Shown one piece after another: positions 24,373 to 46,722 of a DNA stretch of 64,000 nt. The stretch's first letter is position 1. Every line of letters begins with the position of its first letter. Where the stretch lies: assembly GCF_018350175.1 (NCBI RefSeq), contig NC_058368.1:23438001-23502000 (forward strand), read 5' to 3'. The stretch is from Felis catus (lineage: Eukaryota). The notes under the pieces were generated by a model, which saw nothing but the letters and a program-made list of their open reading frames with translations, was not told the origin of the DNA and did no database searches. Position numbers and translations under genes: made by a program.

Positions 24373-25659
24373 TGTCTGGGAACTTTCTGATTACCCTTTC
24401 TGGTAAGTTAAAAGAGAAAAAAAAAAGTGCTAGTATTAAAATTGGTAGTTTGCATGGTAAAGGGCTTGAAAGAAAGCCTGAGAGACAAATGCTGCTCTTA
24501 ATGACACAAAGGACAGTAATGTGCAGGAAAACATGACCATCAATGAGTCAAAAAGTCATCTGAACAGAGCTACATCCAGTGTGAAAAAATTTGGGGACTG
24601 CCTTAAACAATTTGTTATAAGTATACATTTTTCCTTTTAAATAAATGTATAGGAGAGATACGTGAAAAAAATCTGCATCTAAAATTTTAAAGGTTTTTTT
24701 TTTATAAAAAGTTGTAAGAATGTATTATACCTTAATTATCTTCATTTTTTTTCTTTCTTAGTACCTTATGAAATGATGGCATATAGCATATTCCAATTAA
24801 TGATGTGCTAGATTCAACCCACTTCTAAGGCTGGAAGATTGATACCCCAGGAACAGCCCAATCTCTGATGTCTTAAATGTCAGTATTTATACCTCAACCC
24901 TACTTTCATGTCCTTCCTGATTTCTTACTTCCATACTCATACAAAATATCTTCTTTATGCCAAGAAAACATTTAAATTCCCTCAGTTCCTCTTTTTTATT
25001 TGCTTTTCCAATTCATCAATCCCTTCCTGTGTCCATTCTGTGATCTAGTCTAGACCCCATGGAAGGAAGCCATGGTGTATATACAATATATACAATATAT
25101 ATCTCATTGGTATCTCATTGTGGTTTTGATTTGTATTTTCCTGATGATGAGTGATGTTGAGCAACTTTTCATGTGTCTGTTAGCCATCTGGAAGTCTTCT
25201 TTGGAAAATACTTGTTGATGTCTCCTACCCAATTCCTAACCTGATTATTTATTTTTTGGGTGTTGAGTCTGATAGGTTCTTTATAGATTTTAGATACTAA
25301 CTCTTTATCTGATATGTCATTTGTAAATATCATCTCCTATTCCATAGATTGTCTTTTAGTTTTGTTCATTGTTTCCTTTGTTATGCAAAAGCTCTTTATC
25401 TTGATGAAGTCCCAATAATTCATTTTTGCTTTTATTTCCCCTGCCTCTGGAGACATGTCTAGTAAGAAGTTGCTATAGTCAAGGTCAAAGGGATTTTTTC
25501 CTGTCTTCTCCTCTAGGATTTTGATGGTTTCCTGTCTCATATTTATGTCTTTCATCCATTTTTAATTTATTTTCATGTATGGTGTAAGAAAGTGGTCTAG
25601 TTTCATTCTTTTGCTTGTTGCCGTCTAGTTTTCCTAACACCATTTGTTAAAGAGACTTT

Positions 25660-25897
25660 CTTTTTTCTTTTTTTTTTTTTTTAATTTTTTTTTTCAACGT
25701 TTATTTATTTTTGGGACAGAGAGAGACAGAGCATGAACGGGGGAGGAGCAGAGAGAGAGGGAGACACAGAATCGGAAACAGGCTCCAGGCTCTGAGCCAT
25801 CAGCCCAGAGCCTGACGCGGGGCTCAAACTCACGGACCGCGAGATCGTGACCTGGCTGAAGTCGGACGCTTAACCGACTGCGCCACCCAGGCGCCCC
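25660..25897 (-). mobile_element. Young SINEC_Fc-type CanSINE inside L1
   Basis: TSD agactttcttt. Near-identical to 1117-1340. Confidence 0.97.
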
Positions 25898-26574
25898 ATA
25901 GACTTTCTTTCTTCATTTGGATACTTTTTCCTGCTTTGTTAAAGATTGGTTGACTATATAGTTGTGGGTCCATTTCTGGGTCCTGTTTTCTGTCCCACAG
26001 AACTATGTGTCTGTTTTTGTGCCAGTACCATACTGTCTTGATGATTACAGCTTTGTAGTATAGCTTGAAGTGTGGAATCATGATCCCTCCAGTTTTGCTT
26101 TTCTTTTTTCAGGACTGCTTTGACTATTTGAGGTCTTTTGACATTTCATATGAATTTTTATGATTGTTTGTTCTAGCTCTGTGAAAAATGCTGGTGATAT
26201 TTTGATATGGATGACATTAAATGTGTAGATTGCTTTGGGTAGTATAGATATTTTAACAATATTTGTTCTTCCAATCCATGAGCATGAGATTTTTTGTTTC
26301 CTTTTCTTTGTGTCTTTTATTAGTGTTCTATAGTTCTCAAAGTATAGATGTTTTGTCTCTTTGGTTAGGTTTATTCCTGTGTATCTTATGGTTTTTGGTG
26401 CAACTGTAAATGGAATTGATTCCTTGATTTCTCTTTTTGCTGATTCATTATTGGTTTATAGAAATGCAACAGATTTCTGTACATTGATTTTATATGTTGT
26501 AATTTTGCTGAATTTGTGTATCAGTTCTAGTAATTTTTTGGTGGAGTCTTTTGAGTTTTCTACGTAGTATATCA

Positions 26575-26715
<141 letters not shown>

Positions 26716-26924
26716 TCATGACCATAGAGGAAAAACCTTTCAGTTTGTCCCCATTGAGGACAATATTAGCTGTGAGTCTTTTGTATATAGCCTTTATCAT
26801 GTTGAGGTATTCTCCATTTGTCCCTACTTTGTTGAGGGTTTTTATCAAGAATGGATGCTGTATTTTGTCAAATACTTTTTCTGCATCTTTTGAGATAATC
26901 ATATGGTTCTTTTCCTTTTGGTTA

Positions 26925-28385
26925 TTTATTTATCTATTCTTTTGATTATTATTTTTTACTTAAATCTAAGTTAGTTACCAAGTGTAATAAAGATTTCAGG
27001 AATAGAATTTAGTGATTCATCACTTATATATAACACCCAGTGCTCATCCCAAGAAGTGCCCTCCTTAATGCCTATCACTCATTTAGCCCATTCCCCACCC
27101 AATACCCTACCAGCAACCCTCAGTTTGTTCTCTGTATTTAAGAGTCTTTTATGGTTTGTCTCCCTCTCTGTTTATTTAATTTAATTTAATTTAATTTAAT
27201 TTAATTTAATTTAATTTAATTTAATTTATTATTATTGTTATTTTAATATAATTTATTTTCAAATTGGCTAACATACAGTGTGTAAAGTGTGCTCTTGGTT
27301 TTTGGGGTAGATTCCTGTGGTTCATCGCTTACATACAACACCCAGTGCTCATCCCAACAACTGCCCTCTTCAATGTCCATCACCCATTTTCCTCTCTCCC
27401 CCATCAACCCTCAGATTGTTCTCTGTATTTAATAGTCTCTTATGGTTTGCCTCCCTCCCTCTCTGTAACTTTTTTTTCCCCCTTCCCTTCCCCCATGGTC
27501 TTCTGTAAAGTTTCTCAAGGTCCACATATGAGTGGAAATATATCTGTCTTTCTCGGACTCACTTATTTCACTCAGCATAATACCTTCCAATTCTATCCAC
27601 ATTGCTGCAAATAGCATGATTTCATTTTTTTTCTCATTGCCAAGTAGTATTCCATTTTATATAAAAGGCACTATAAACATTGGGGTACATATGTCCCTAT
27701 GAATCAGCACTCCTGTATTGTTTGGATAAATTCCAGGTAGTGCTATTGCTGGGTCGTATGGTAGTTCTATTTTTAATTTTTTGATGAACTTCATACTGTT
27801 CTCCAGAGTGGCTGCACCAGTTTCCATGCCCACCAACAGTGCAACAGGGTTCCCATTTCTCCACATCCTCACCAGCATCTGTTGTTTCCTAAGTTGTTAA
27901 TTTTATCCACTCTGACTGGTGTGAGGTGGTATCTCAATGTGGCTTTGATTTGTATTTCCTTGATGATGAGTGACATTGTCCCTCTCTATTTTTTTAATCT
28001 TATTTTTGTTTCCCTTCGCCTCTGTTCATCTGTTTTGTTTGTTAAATTCTACATATGAGTGAAATCATAAAATACTTGCTTTCTCTGACTGACTTATTTC
28101 GTTTAGCATTATACATTCTAGTTCCATCCACGTTGTTGCAAATGGCAACATGGCAAATGGTAATCTTTTTGATTACCAACTAATATTCCATTGTGTGTAT
28201 GTATATTTATACAATGTACATACATACATACATACATACATGGATACACACACACTACATCTTCTTTATCCATTCATCAGTTGATGGACAATTGGGCTCT
28301 TTTCATACTTTGGCTATTGTTGATAGTGCTGCTATAAATATTGGGGTGCCTGTGCCCCTTCAAATCAGCACTCCTATATCCTTTG
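26925..28385 (-). mobile_element. Two nested 5'-truncated L1 3' ends (inner ~27175-27978 with (TTTAA)n tail) inserted in the long L1
   Basis: Two L1 3'UTRs. The inner copy is flanked by tccctctctgtt / tccctctctatt, and host ORF2 resumes at ~28390. Confidence 0.8.
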
Positions 28386-29074
28386 TTAGCTTTTATTTTA
28401 TTAATGTGATGTATCATATTGATTGATTTGCAAATATTAAACCACCATGCATCCCAGGAATAAATCCCACTTGATCATGGTGAATAATTCTTTTAATGTA
28501 CTTTGGGTTTGATTTGCTAATATCTTGTTCAGAATTTTTGCATCCATGTTCATCAGGGATATTGGCCTATAATTCTTCTTTTTAGCGGGGTCTTTGGTTT
28601 TGGAATCAAGGAAATGCTGGCCTCATAGAAGGAGTTTGGAAGTTTTCCTTCCATTTCCTCTTTTGGAACTGTTTGAGAAGAAGAGGTAGTAACTCTCCTT
28701 TAAATGTCTGGTAGAATTCTCCTAGAAAGCCTGGACTTTTGTTTATTGGGAGAGTTTTGATTTTGATTACTGATTTAATTTCTTTGCTGGTTATGAGTCT
28801 GTTCATATTTTCTGTTTCTTCCATCTTCAGTTTTGGTAGTTTGTATGTTTCTAGGAATTTGTAAATTTCTTCCATATTGCCCAGTTTGTTGGCATATAAT
28901 TTTTCATACTATTCTCTTATAATTATATATATTTATGTGGTGTTGGTTGTAATCTCTCTTTTCATTTGTGATTTTATTTATGTGGGTCCTTTCTCTTTTA
29001 TTTTTGATAAGTCTGGCTAGGAGTTTATCAATTTTAATTCTTCTAAAGAACCAGCTGTTAGGTTCATTGACCTT

Positions 29075-29295
29075 CTTTTCTTTTTAAAAAATTTTAAAAA
29101 TATATTTGAGAGAGAGAGACAGAGCACAAGCAGGGGAGGAAGGAACATAGAGAGAGGGAGACACAGAATCTGAAGTAGGCTTCAGGCTCTGAGCTGTCAG
29201 CACAGAGCCTGATGTGGGACTGGAACTCATGAACCATGAGATCATGACCTGAGCTGAAGTTGGACACTTAACAGACTGAGCCACCCAGGTGCCCC
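29075..29295 (-). mobile_element. CanSINE inside L1
   Basis: TSD gttcattgacctt / gttcattgatctt. Confidence 0.93.
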
Positions 29296-29579
29296 ATGTT
29301 CATTGATCTTTCTACTCTTTCTCGTTTGTCTGTTTCTATATTGTTTCTTTATGCTCTAATCTTTATTATTTCCTTTCTTCTGCTGGCTTTAGGCTTTATT
29401 TGTTGTTTGTTTTCTAGCTCCTTTAGGTGTATGGTTAGGTTGTATATTTGAGACCATTCTTTCTTCTTGAGGTAGGCCTGTTTTGCTATATACCTCCCTC
29501 TTAGGACCTCCTTTGCTGTGTTGCAGAGGTTTTGGACAATCACTATCATGATTTAATTTTCATTTGATTCCCTATATTT

Positions 29580-29800
29580 TTATTTCTTTTTTAAAAAAGT
29601 TGTTTTAAAGCTTATTTTGAGAGAGACAGAGCAAGTGAGCAGGGAAGGGGGCAGAGAGAAAGGGAAAGGTAGAATCCCAAGCAGACCCTGTGCTGTCAGT
29701 GCACAGCCAGATGTGGGTCTAGATCCCATGAACTGTGAGATCATGACCTGAGCGAAAATCAAGAGTTAGATGCTCAACCAACTGAACCACCCAGTTCACC
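29580..29800 (-). mobile_element. CanSINE inside L1
   Basis: SINE body and tail; ends ctgaaccacccagttcacc. Confidence 0.88.
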
Positions 29801-32800
29801 TCTATTTTTCTTGGCCTCTATTTTTTTTTTAATTTTTTAATTTCCTGGTTAACCCATTCATTCTTTAGTAGGATGTTCTTTAACCTCCATGTATTTGTGG
29901 TCTTTCCTAATTTTTTCTTGTGGTTGATTTCAAGTTTCAGAGTGTTGTCATCTGAAAATATGCTTAATATGGTCCCAATTTTTGGTACTGGTTGAGGGCT
30001 GATTTGTGATCCAGTATTTAGTCTATTCTAGAGAATGTTCCATGTTCACTGTAAAATAATGTGTTCTGACTATGTCTGTTAAGTCCTTTCAGTCCAGTGT
30101 ATCATTCAAAGTCATTGTTTTCTTGTTGATTGTGGGGTGTTAAAGTCCCCTACTATTATTGTATTCAATGAGTTTCTTTATATTGGTTATTAGTTGATTT
30201 ATATATGTATGTCCCTCAAGTTGGGGGCATAAGTGTTTACAACTGTTAGATCTTCTTGGTGGATAGACCTCTTAATTATGATATAAACCCTTCTTCATCT
30301 CTTGTTACAATCTTTGGTTTAAAATTTAGTTTGTCTGATATAAGTGGAGCTACTCTGGATTTCTTTTGACTTCTATTAGCATGATAGATGGTTCTTCATC
30401 CCCTCACTTTCAATCTGCAGATGTCTTTAGGTCTAAAATGAGTCTCTTTTAAGTTGCATATAGATGGGTCTTTTTTTTTAAATCCATTCTGATACCCTAT
30501 ATCTTTTGATTAGAGCATTTAGTCCATTTACATTCAAAGTAATTATTGGTAGATGATAATTTAGTGCCATTGTGTTACCTAGAAAGTCACTGTTTCTGGA
30601 GATTTTCTCTGTTCCTTTCTAGTTTTTTGTTGGTTTTGGTGTTTCTTTCCCACTTAAAGGGACCCCTTTAATATTTCTTATAGGGCTAGTTTAGTGGCCA
30701 CAAACTCCTTTAGTTTTTGTTTGTCTGGGAAGCTCGTTGTCTCTTCTTCTGTTCAGAATGACAACCATACTGTATAACGTATTCTTGGCTGCATATTTTC
30801 CCCTTCAGCATGTTGAATATATCCTGCCATTCTCATCTGGCCTGCCAGGTTTTTGTGAGAGATCTACTGATAACCTGATTTATCTTTCCCTGTTGGTTAG
30901 GATGTTGGTAAGGTTAGTTTTCAAGATTATTTCTTTATTTCTATATTTTGCAAATTGTACTATGATATGTCTTCATTTTGGCTGGCCTTATTGAATTTGA
31001 TAAGAGTTCTCTGTGCTTCCTTGTTTGGATGACTGTTTCTTTTCCCAGATTAGGGAGGTTTTCAGCTATAATTTTCTCAAATAAACCTTCTGCTCCTTTT
31101 CCCTCTCTCGTTCTGTGACTGCTATGATACAAATGTTTTTATGCTTTATGGAGCCATTGAGTTTCCTAAGGCTACATTTGTGATCTAATACTTTTCTTTC
31201 CCTATTGTTTTCAGCTTCACTATTTTCTGTAATTTTATATTCTGTATCACTGATTTGTTCCCCTGCTTTGTCCATCTTCATTGTCGCCACATCCATTCAG
31301 TTTTGCGTCTGGGTTATAGTATTTTTTTATTTGGGGCTGACTAGAATTTAGTTCTTTTACCTGTACATAAAGGGATTCTCTAGTGTCTTCTATGCTTTTC
31401 TGAATCACAAATAATATCCTTACGATTGTTGTTTTAAATTTTGATTCAGACATATTGTTTATATCTCTTTTGATTATATCCCTGGCCATGACCTCTTCCT
31501 GTTCTTTCTTTTGGGGTGAATTCCTTTATTTTGTCATTTTATCTAGGTTATTGTTGTGTGTGTGTTACGAAATTTGTTATATATTCTGCTCCTGACTGAG
31601 CGTGATGGCTATATTAAGAAGAGGTGCTGTACTGTCCATGGATTGATGCTTCAGGAAGTATTTCAGAGAGTGCACTCTGCTGTTGTATTTTGGCTGCTTT
31701 CTTCCTCAGGACAGTCCTCTGCAGATTTTGTCCTTGACTGCAGTGGGGAGTGTTTGGACCTTGTCCACAGTGTGGCAAGTTTTAAATAAGTGTGTTTTAG
31801 TCTGCTTATTAAGAGGCTAGATCCTGTTTCCCCTGGAGCTGGAGATTTGCAGCTCTCCATGATCAGTAGACTTGGTGTGTGTGGGGAATTGTATTGGTTT
31901 TCTGGGTGATGGGCCTGATGCCCTGGTTCTCAGGCTGACTTGCCTAGAAAAGATGCACCTGGAGGGCTCAGTGGGTAGGGGTTGGTGTAAGTTGCTCCAG
32001 CCTCCACTGGGGACACTGTGTTGCTCAATGAGGTCTGTCAGTGCCGAGGGGCAGGGGAGTAGGGAGAAATGGCATCATCCCACACTTCAGTCCCTGGAGC
32101 ATGGAATTCACACCTGCCACTATTCTGGAAACTCTCACAGAAGAGTGAACACTCTCCCCTCTTGTGTCCCTGGCTTCCCTCAGATCCCTGCCTTCACCCT
32201 GTGCCAGAGCTGTCTGCCTGTGTTTTATCTCAGGCACACAGCTGGGTTTCAAACTCCAAATTTTAGGGACCTGGCATGGTGACCTTTGCTGATTCTCTGG
32301 GGGAGGGTCTCCTCACACTGCAGTTGTGCCGGTTAGTCCCAGAAAAGCAGTCACATGATCATGCAGCAGCTTGGAGTTTATGGTAAAGCACAGCAAAAAA
32401 CCAACACCAAGGTCTGCTGCCCTCAAAAAGGGGTCTGTGTTCCTATGCTAATGAATGGGGCAGCATGTTGGCTCCCACCATCTCTTTTGTCCCCTGAGAG
32501 ACCATGCCACCTCTCCCAAATGCACTCCAAGAAGGGAAATTGTCTCTCCTAGTGTGACCCAAGGGATTCTTAGACTACTACACTGTCTACTCCCATGCCT
32601 CTGCCCTCCTTCCCCACAGGAGTACTGCTATGCCTTCCAGGGTCCACCCAGAGGTGGTGTAGACTTCTAAAACTTCAGAGTTTGGGCTTTGATGCTTATA
32701 AAAACTTGCAATAATCAGCCCCTCTCATTTCCAAGTCATTGGTTTTGGGGAAGTATTCTCTTGTGCAGTCCTGTGTGCCACTTTCTCTCTGTCTCTCTGA

Positions 32801-33489
32801 GATCAAGACTCACTCCCCTCTGCAGCACCCACTATTCTTTTCTCCCTGGAATCATGTCTTGGCACCTCCTACCTGCCACATTGTGGCTTCTTTTCTCCCT
32901 CAAGTTCTTCAGTTTGTTCTTTGGCATTCAGATAACTTTCTTGGGTGTTTGGAATGATTTAATATTTATCTATGGTCTAGGGATGAGGCAAACCTAGGGT
33001 CCCCCTACGGCTCTGCCATCTTAACTCCTCCTCTATGCTATATTTTCTTTAAATTTAGCTTTGATTTTTTAAAAAATACCTTTGTTCTTTAATCTATTTG
33101 CATTGACCTTTTTGTATGGTATAAAATTAGAACGTAATTTTTTCACTGTGTACATGAAGGACCTTTTGTCTAAGCACATTTTATTCTATTCATGGTCTGT
33201 GTGATTCTCTTTGTTCCCACACTACAACTTTTATAGCTTTGCAATTTGTCTTAACATCTATGGCGTCTCAAGGGTGAGTGACTCATTGTTATTTATTTTT
33301 TTCAAATTGTCTCGACTATTTTGGCCTTTTATTCTTTCAAAGTGAATTTCAGGATCAATTTTCATGGAAAATACTGTTGGTATTTTAAATAGAATTGCTC
33401 TGAATTTATAAGTAGTTTGGGGAGAATTTTTATCTTTATGATATTGAAGGGACCCTCTTATTAACTAAGGTCTTGCTCATATGTAATTT

Positions 33490-33635
33490 TTAGACCAATA
33501 ACATAGACATCACCTGGTCTTGTTGGAAATGTGGAATTTTAGTTTCCATCCAATACTTGTTGAATCAGAATCTTCATTTTAACAACAACCACAGAGTTGT
33601 ATGCACATTCTTAAAGTTTGAGAAGTGTGGTTTTA
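33490..33635. mobile_element. MER5A-like DNA transposon
   Basis: catcacctggtcttgttggaaatg...gaatcagaatcttcattttaacaa...tatgcacattcttaaagtttgagaag. Confidence 0.7.
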
Positions 33636-33924
33636 AAGTCACCCCTTCCTTTCTTCTAAACAGAGCTAGAGATTAGGGGTTTAACTTTATATTTTAAACC
33701 TTTATCTCCACTACATTCTCTTAAGCAAAAAAAAAAAAAAAGATGCTAAAATATCTATCATCTTAATAAGTGCACTCCAACCCCAGGTGCATATCACCCA
33801 TTTATATTCACTCCCTTTAAAGTCAACCTCCTTGAATGAGACATCTGTGCTCATTGCTCCTGCTTCCTCACCTTCCAACCATTTCTCAGACTTCTATTCT
33901 CCATAATTTTATCAAAACTGCTCA

Positions 33925-34368
33925 TAAGAATGAATGAGATTTTGCTATTAGTGACAACATGGATAGACCTAGAAGATATGCTAAGTAAAATAAGTCAGAG
34001 AGAGAAAGACAAATACCATATGATTTCACTTATATGTGGAATTTAAAAATCAAACCGTTGCAAATAAACAAATGAAAAAATAACCACACTCATAAAGACA
34101 GACAACAAACTGATTGTTGCCAGAAGGAAGGGGTTCGGGAGAATGGGCAAACTGGTGAAGAGGAGTGGGAGGTACCGTCTTCTAGTTATGGAATGAAAAA
34201 TCCATGGGGATAAAAGATACAGCATAGGGAATATAGTCAATGGTATTATAATAGCAATGTATGGTGACAGATGGTAGCTACACTTGTCAGCATAGCATGA
34301 GGTATACACTTGTTGAATCACTATGTTGTACACTTGAAACTAGTGTCAACTACACTTCAGTAAAAAAC
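33925..34368 (+). mobile_element. 5'-truncated L1 3' end
   Basis: acaacatggatagacctagaag...aaataagtcagagagagaaagacaaatacc...gtcaactacacttcagtaaaaaa. Confidence 0.85.
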
Positions 34369-34459
34369 CCACACAAGACATAATGTTGAGTGAAGAAGAC
34401 AGATACCAAAGGTGACTTGTTATATGATTTAGTATGTACAAAGTACAAAAATAAAAAAT

Positions 34460-42562
<8,103 letters not shown>

Positions 42563-45309
42563 TTTTTTGAAAAGGTTATAAAAATAGAGAAGCTAATGTA
42601 TAGTGTTAGAAGTCAGGCTAATGTTTATCCTTGGCAGGATAAGTGCAATGGGCCAAGGGGAGGTTTTGGGGTATTGGTATTGTTCTATTTCTTAACCTGG
42701 TTATGTGAATGTGTTCACACTGTAAATTTATGTGTACTTCTTGGTGTGCATGCTAAACTTTAATAAAAATCTCAAAAATACATTTTCCAAATTGGAAAAA
42801 AAACCCAATCTGTTTGAGCTTACTAAGGATTTTCTAATTTCCAAATCCATTGGGCATCTCGAGTGCTCGCTTTACTTTACCTTTTTGAAGAATCATTGTA
42901 CTTTAATTTATTCTTTCTTTTGTCTATTTTCACAGCAGCTGACTCAGCTTGGGCCACTATCACCTCCTGCCTGTACCCATGCAATTCTCTCCTAACCTAT
43001 TCTTCCCTCTCCAGACAATATACTTTATCCTCTCTAGAGCTTCTTGACTTCTTCTAAATGTAAATCAGATCCGGTTAGTGCTTTTCTTAAGGTTCATATC
43101 TCACAGGTAAAACTCGAAACTTCTTGGGCCATCATAAGAGGACCTTGTGGATTATGTTCATGCCTGACCCTCTACCTCATTTCCTTGACATTCCCTTTCA
43201 TGAAACTTGTGTTTTAGCCAGGCTAGAAGGCTTGCAGTTTCTTGGTATCCCACGTCATTTCCCGTGTCCATGTCTTTGCATTTCCTTCTGCCAGAAACAC
43301 CTTGCCTATTTATCAAGCATGTACTCATTCTCCCAGATCCAATTCAGATGGCTCTCCCTCTGTGGAGACTTCCCTCTCCATTTAGAGGGGATCTCTCTTG
43401 GCCACCATGGGCTGAATTTCTATGATTGTGCTTATCCCTTAGGATAGCAACTACTGTTTACCTCTCCTTCCCTACCAGCCTGTAAACTGGTAGTGGAAGG
43501 TCTTACTCTTACTTGTTTTTATATCCTCAGTGCAGGCATTCTAGGCATGTCATGAATGCTTATTGCATGAACAAATGGATGCCTTAATCAGGTTAGTAGA
43601 GGAGACATTTGTTCATGATGCCACTGCTGTCTCTGCTTGTAGTAGTTTCTGTTCCTGGAACTTGCCCACACCCTTCTGGGACCATAGAAAATTCTCTCTC
43701 CCCTGGGAAGCCCCTCACAAGATGCTCCAGCTGGAAGGGACCTCTTCTTTTCTCGTGCTGAAATACCACTTCTTTCTGCCCCCTCTCTTAGTCACTTACC
43801 TCTTCCTCAGTATTTGTGCTTCTCTTGCTCAACACAAGTCATTTGTAAATTGTCTGAAGGGACTGTGTCTTACTCTTCTGTGTCCTTCCTCCAAATTCTC
43901 ACCAAATGTACATGGAAGACACTTGGTTGATGTCTATTGAGTTGAATCAGCATGGTTTTAACTCACACAAATGTGGAGTTTTCATCTAGAACATAAAGGA
44001 AGCTTAGATTCCTGAACTGGAGAGAATGTTATGTGAGTGGAGCACACAGAGTGATTATTAGCATCAGGCAGGTGGGTCATTACAGAAATCAAAATAACTG
44101 CAAAAGAGAGAGCCTTAGGTCTGAAAAGGCCACCTCTGCAAGGAGGCTGCCTTACAGAAATGCTCTCAACCCCTATGGGGGTGCTTGGTAAACCTGTTAC
44201 ACTGTAGCCTAGGGTGGGGGCAAACACTGCCCTTCACTAAGCCTGTTTAAACTCAGATCAGTTTTGGGGGCCAAGTTCTGGGAAGCTTCTGAAGGGACTT
44301 TTAAGAAGATGTCAAAGGGGAGAATGTGATTAAATTTTCTTGAGCTATGGGAGACCCTGGGAAAAAACATATTCCCTTTGCCTTAACTCCCTTGGATGAA
44401 ACATCATGGTGGAGGAGAGTTCTGATCATTCCCAGAGGGCTTAGAATTCTAATCTTTGGTTAAATTAAGCAGCACTGGAGAGGAAAAAGAACTTACTTGG
44501 TAAAAACAATGAGCTTAAAAGGGACAAGCTGAGCTTGTGGTGCAGCATATGTCTTCAGCAATTAGATGAGCTCAGATCTCATCCTGATTCTTACCCACAC
44601 TGCTGGCCTGAAGAAGGGGCTCAGTAATATCAAATATGCTAGTGGTGAACATTTCCTTTGATTTTCTCATGAGACATCAGAGATTTCAATATTTTCTTGT
44701 AATATGTGTTCATCATGTGCTATTTTAAAACCTGCCTTGAAAACAGGCTTGCAACCCTCAATCCTTTTTTTTTTTTTTTTTTTTTTAAGAGAGCAAGGAT
44801 GTTCATGGCCCAGGTGGCTGCCACTGGAGTTTTGGCCACACTGGGGCAGGTGGGCTGAGTACTGAGGTCCCCACCATTCCTCTGACAGGACAGAAATCCT
44901 GGCTGGGTTACCTTTGAGCTTCTAGGACTTGGGAATGCTGATCAGAGTATGCAGTGTATGCACACAGTTACTCTGTGGCCCAGAAGGGTCATATCTAATT
45001 TAAAAAAATTCTTCAGTATATTCAACCCAATGAAGCATAGACGGAGTGTTTTCATGTTAAGGCTAGAGTAGAGCTGCATTTCAGTGGCTTCCATTTTTTT
45101 TTTTTTTCTTTTCAGAGTAGAGACAAAGGGAAAGGATTAAAGGAGGTTGGAAGACAGCTCTAATTGTATCTTATTCATGTGGTTGATGAACTTAACACAC
45201 ATCTCAATTCCGACATCAAAGAGGCCTGAGTCTTCTCCATCAAAGTGACAGTTCAGTTGGGAAAGCCATTATACCATGTAAGCACAATGAGTGAAATTGC
45301 GTTGGATGT

Positions 45310-45770
45310 TTTGTTTGCCCTTCCAGTTATACTCTCTTCCCTTTTCCATCATGCTTTGAGCCCCATGAATAAATCAGAAGGTTTCTTACCCTCTGGCTCC
45401 AGGTAGGGTTTGGGCAAAGGAAAGCACTAGCAAGAGATTGGAGGGAGGGAGGGCAATCAGGTTGAGGCATTCCTTGGCTTTTCTCCTGGTTATCATAGGT
45501 TATATGAGTTCTTTTACTTAAGAGCACAGCTTCTGTTAAGTGATTGGTCCTCCTTTATAATTTTACTGATTTCTCAAGGTTTTGGTAATTGCCTCTTCCC
45601 CTGCTGGTCCAGTCCTAGGAGGAGATGACAGCTCTCTGGTCTCTCTCTAGCCTCAGGGCTTTGCTATCCTTTTGTATCTTTTGACCCTGGCCACATTTTG
45701 TAAACAGTTACTTTATTAAGGGCCTCCCTGGGTGCCCTCACTAAATGTGTGGCTTATATCCTGCCAGATG
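45310..45770 (+). mobile_element. LTR33-like ERVL solo LTR
   Basis: ccctctggctccaggtagggtttgggcaaaggaaagcactagcaagagattggaggg...tgtaaacagttactttattaag...tcctgccag. Confidence 0.65.
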
Positions 45771-46191
45771 GAGGAGGCACCTTAGAAATGCAGCACAGGG
45801 TCACTTAACACAGCATGTGGGAATTCTGGAAGGTATCCTGGAGGAGGTGAGGCATGAAACAATTAAGGGTTAACCAGGTAGAGGGGAATTTAGGCAGTTG
45901 GCCCTTAAGGGGCTAAGTTGGAAGCAGTTTGTAGTGGTTGAAACATTGTTCCTGAAGGCAAAGACATTACCTGTCTTGCTTATTGTTATAGACTCAGCTC
46001 CCTGAGGACCCAGGGCACATGGTTTATGATCAGTCATCGTTGCTGAATGAATGAAAGAATGGATGAAGGCAGGGAATTGCAAGAGAAGAGGCCAGAATAT
46101 TGTTCTACGGGATCCTGATCACAGGGACACTGTGAAGTCTTGGTAAGGAGCTGGGGTAAAGGGGGAGGACCATATTTAAAAATGTGTAGGG

Positions 46192-46385
46192 GGTAGGCAC
46201 CTGGGTGGCTTAGTTGGTTGAGCATCCAACTTTGGCTCAGGTCATGGTCTCACGGTTCATGAGTTCAAGCCGTGCATTGGGCTTGTTGCTGTCAGAGCAG
46301 AACCCACTTTGGATCCTCTGTCCCCTTCTCTCTGTGGTTCTCCCCTGCTTGTGCTCTCTTTCTCAAAAATAAACATTTAAAAAAT
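46192..46385 (+). mobile_element. CanSINE
   Basis: ggcacctgggtggcttagttggttgag head; flanked by aaaatgtgtagg / atatgtagg. Confidence 0.9.
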
Positions 46386-46484
46386 ATATGTAGGAGGAAC
46401 AAAATCAAAAGAACTTGATGAATACGTTGATGAGTAGAATAAAAGAAGATTCAAAGATGACAAGCAATATGGATCTACATTATC

Positions 46485-46722
46485 TTTTTTTTTAGTTTTT
46501 AAACATTTATTTATTTATTTTATGGTAAAATAGTTGCTTTTTTAAAATATGAAATTTATTGTCAAAATTGGTTTCCATACAACATCCAGTGCTCATCCCA
46601 ACAGGTGCCCTCCTCAATGCCCATCACCCACCCTCCCCTCCCTCCCACCCCCCATCAACCCTCAGTTTGTTCTCAGTTTTTAAGAATTTCTTATGTTTTG
46701 GCTCCCTCCCTCTCTAACCTTT
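46485..46722 (-). mobile_element. Short felid L1 3' end
   Basis: tttattgtcaaaattggtttccatacaacatccagtgctcatcccaacaggtgccctcc. Confidence 0.85.

Larger units (their letters stand above)
22770..24815 (+). mobile_element. Kanga1/MER104-like TcMar-Tc2 (pogo-like) DNA transposon with decayed transposase
   Basis: Ends resemble MER104/Kanga1 termini (catacttcattggctgtcaaatgtacattttt...; ...tgatgtgctagattcaa). Internal remnants translate to HGNRAAA..FNI, GPK.GK, INFQ.HVIHLRKK and NADE. Confidence 0.7.

Noticed and set aside
27170..27230. (TTTAA)n array as CRISPR or satellite
   Set aside because: It is the patterned poly(A) tail of an L1 and has no spacers. The DNA is mammalian.
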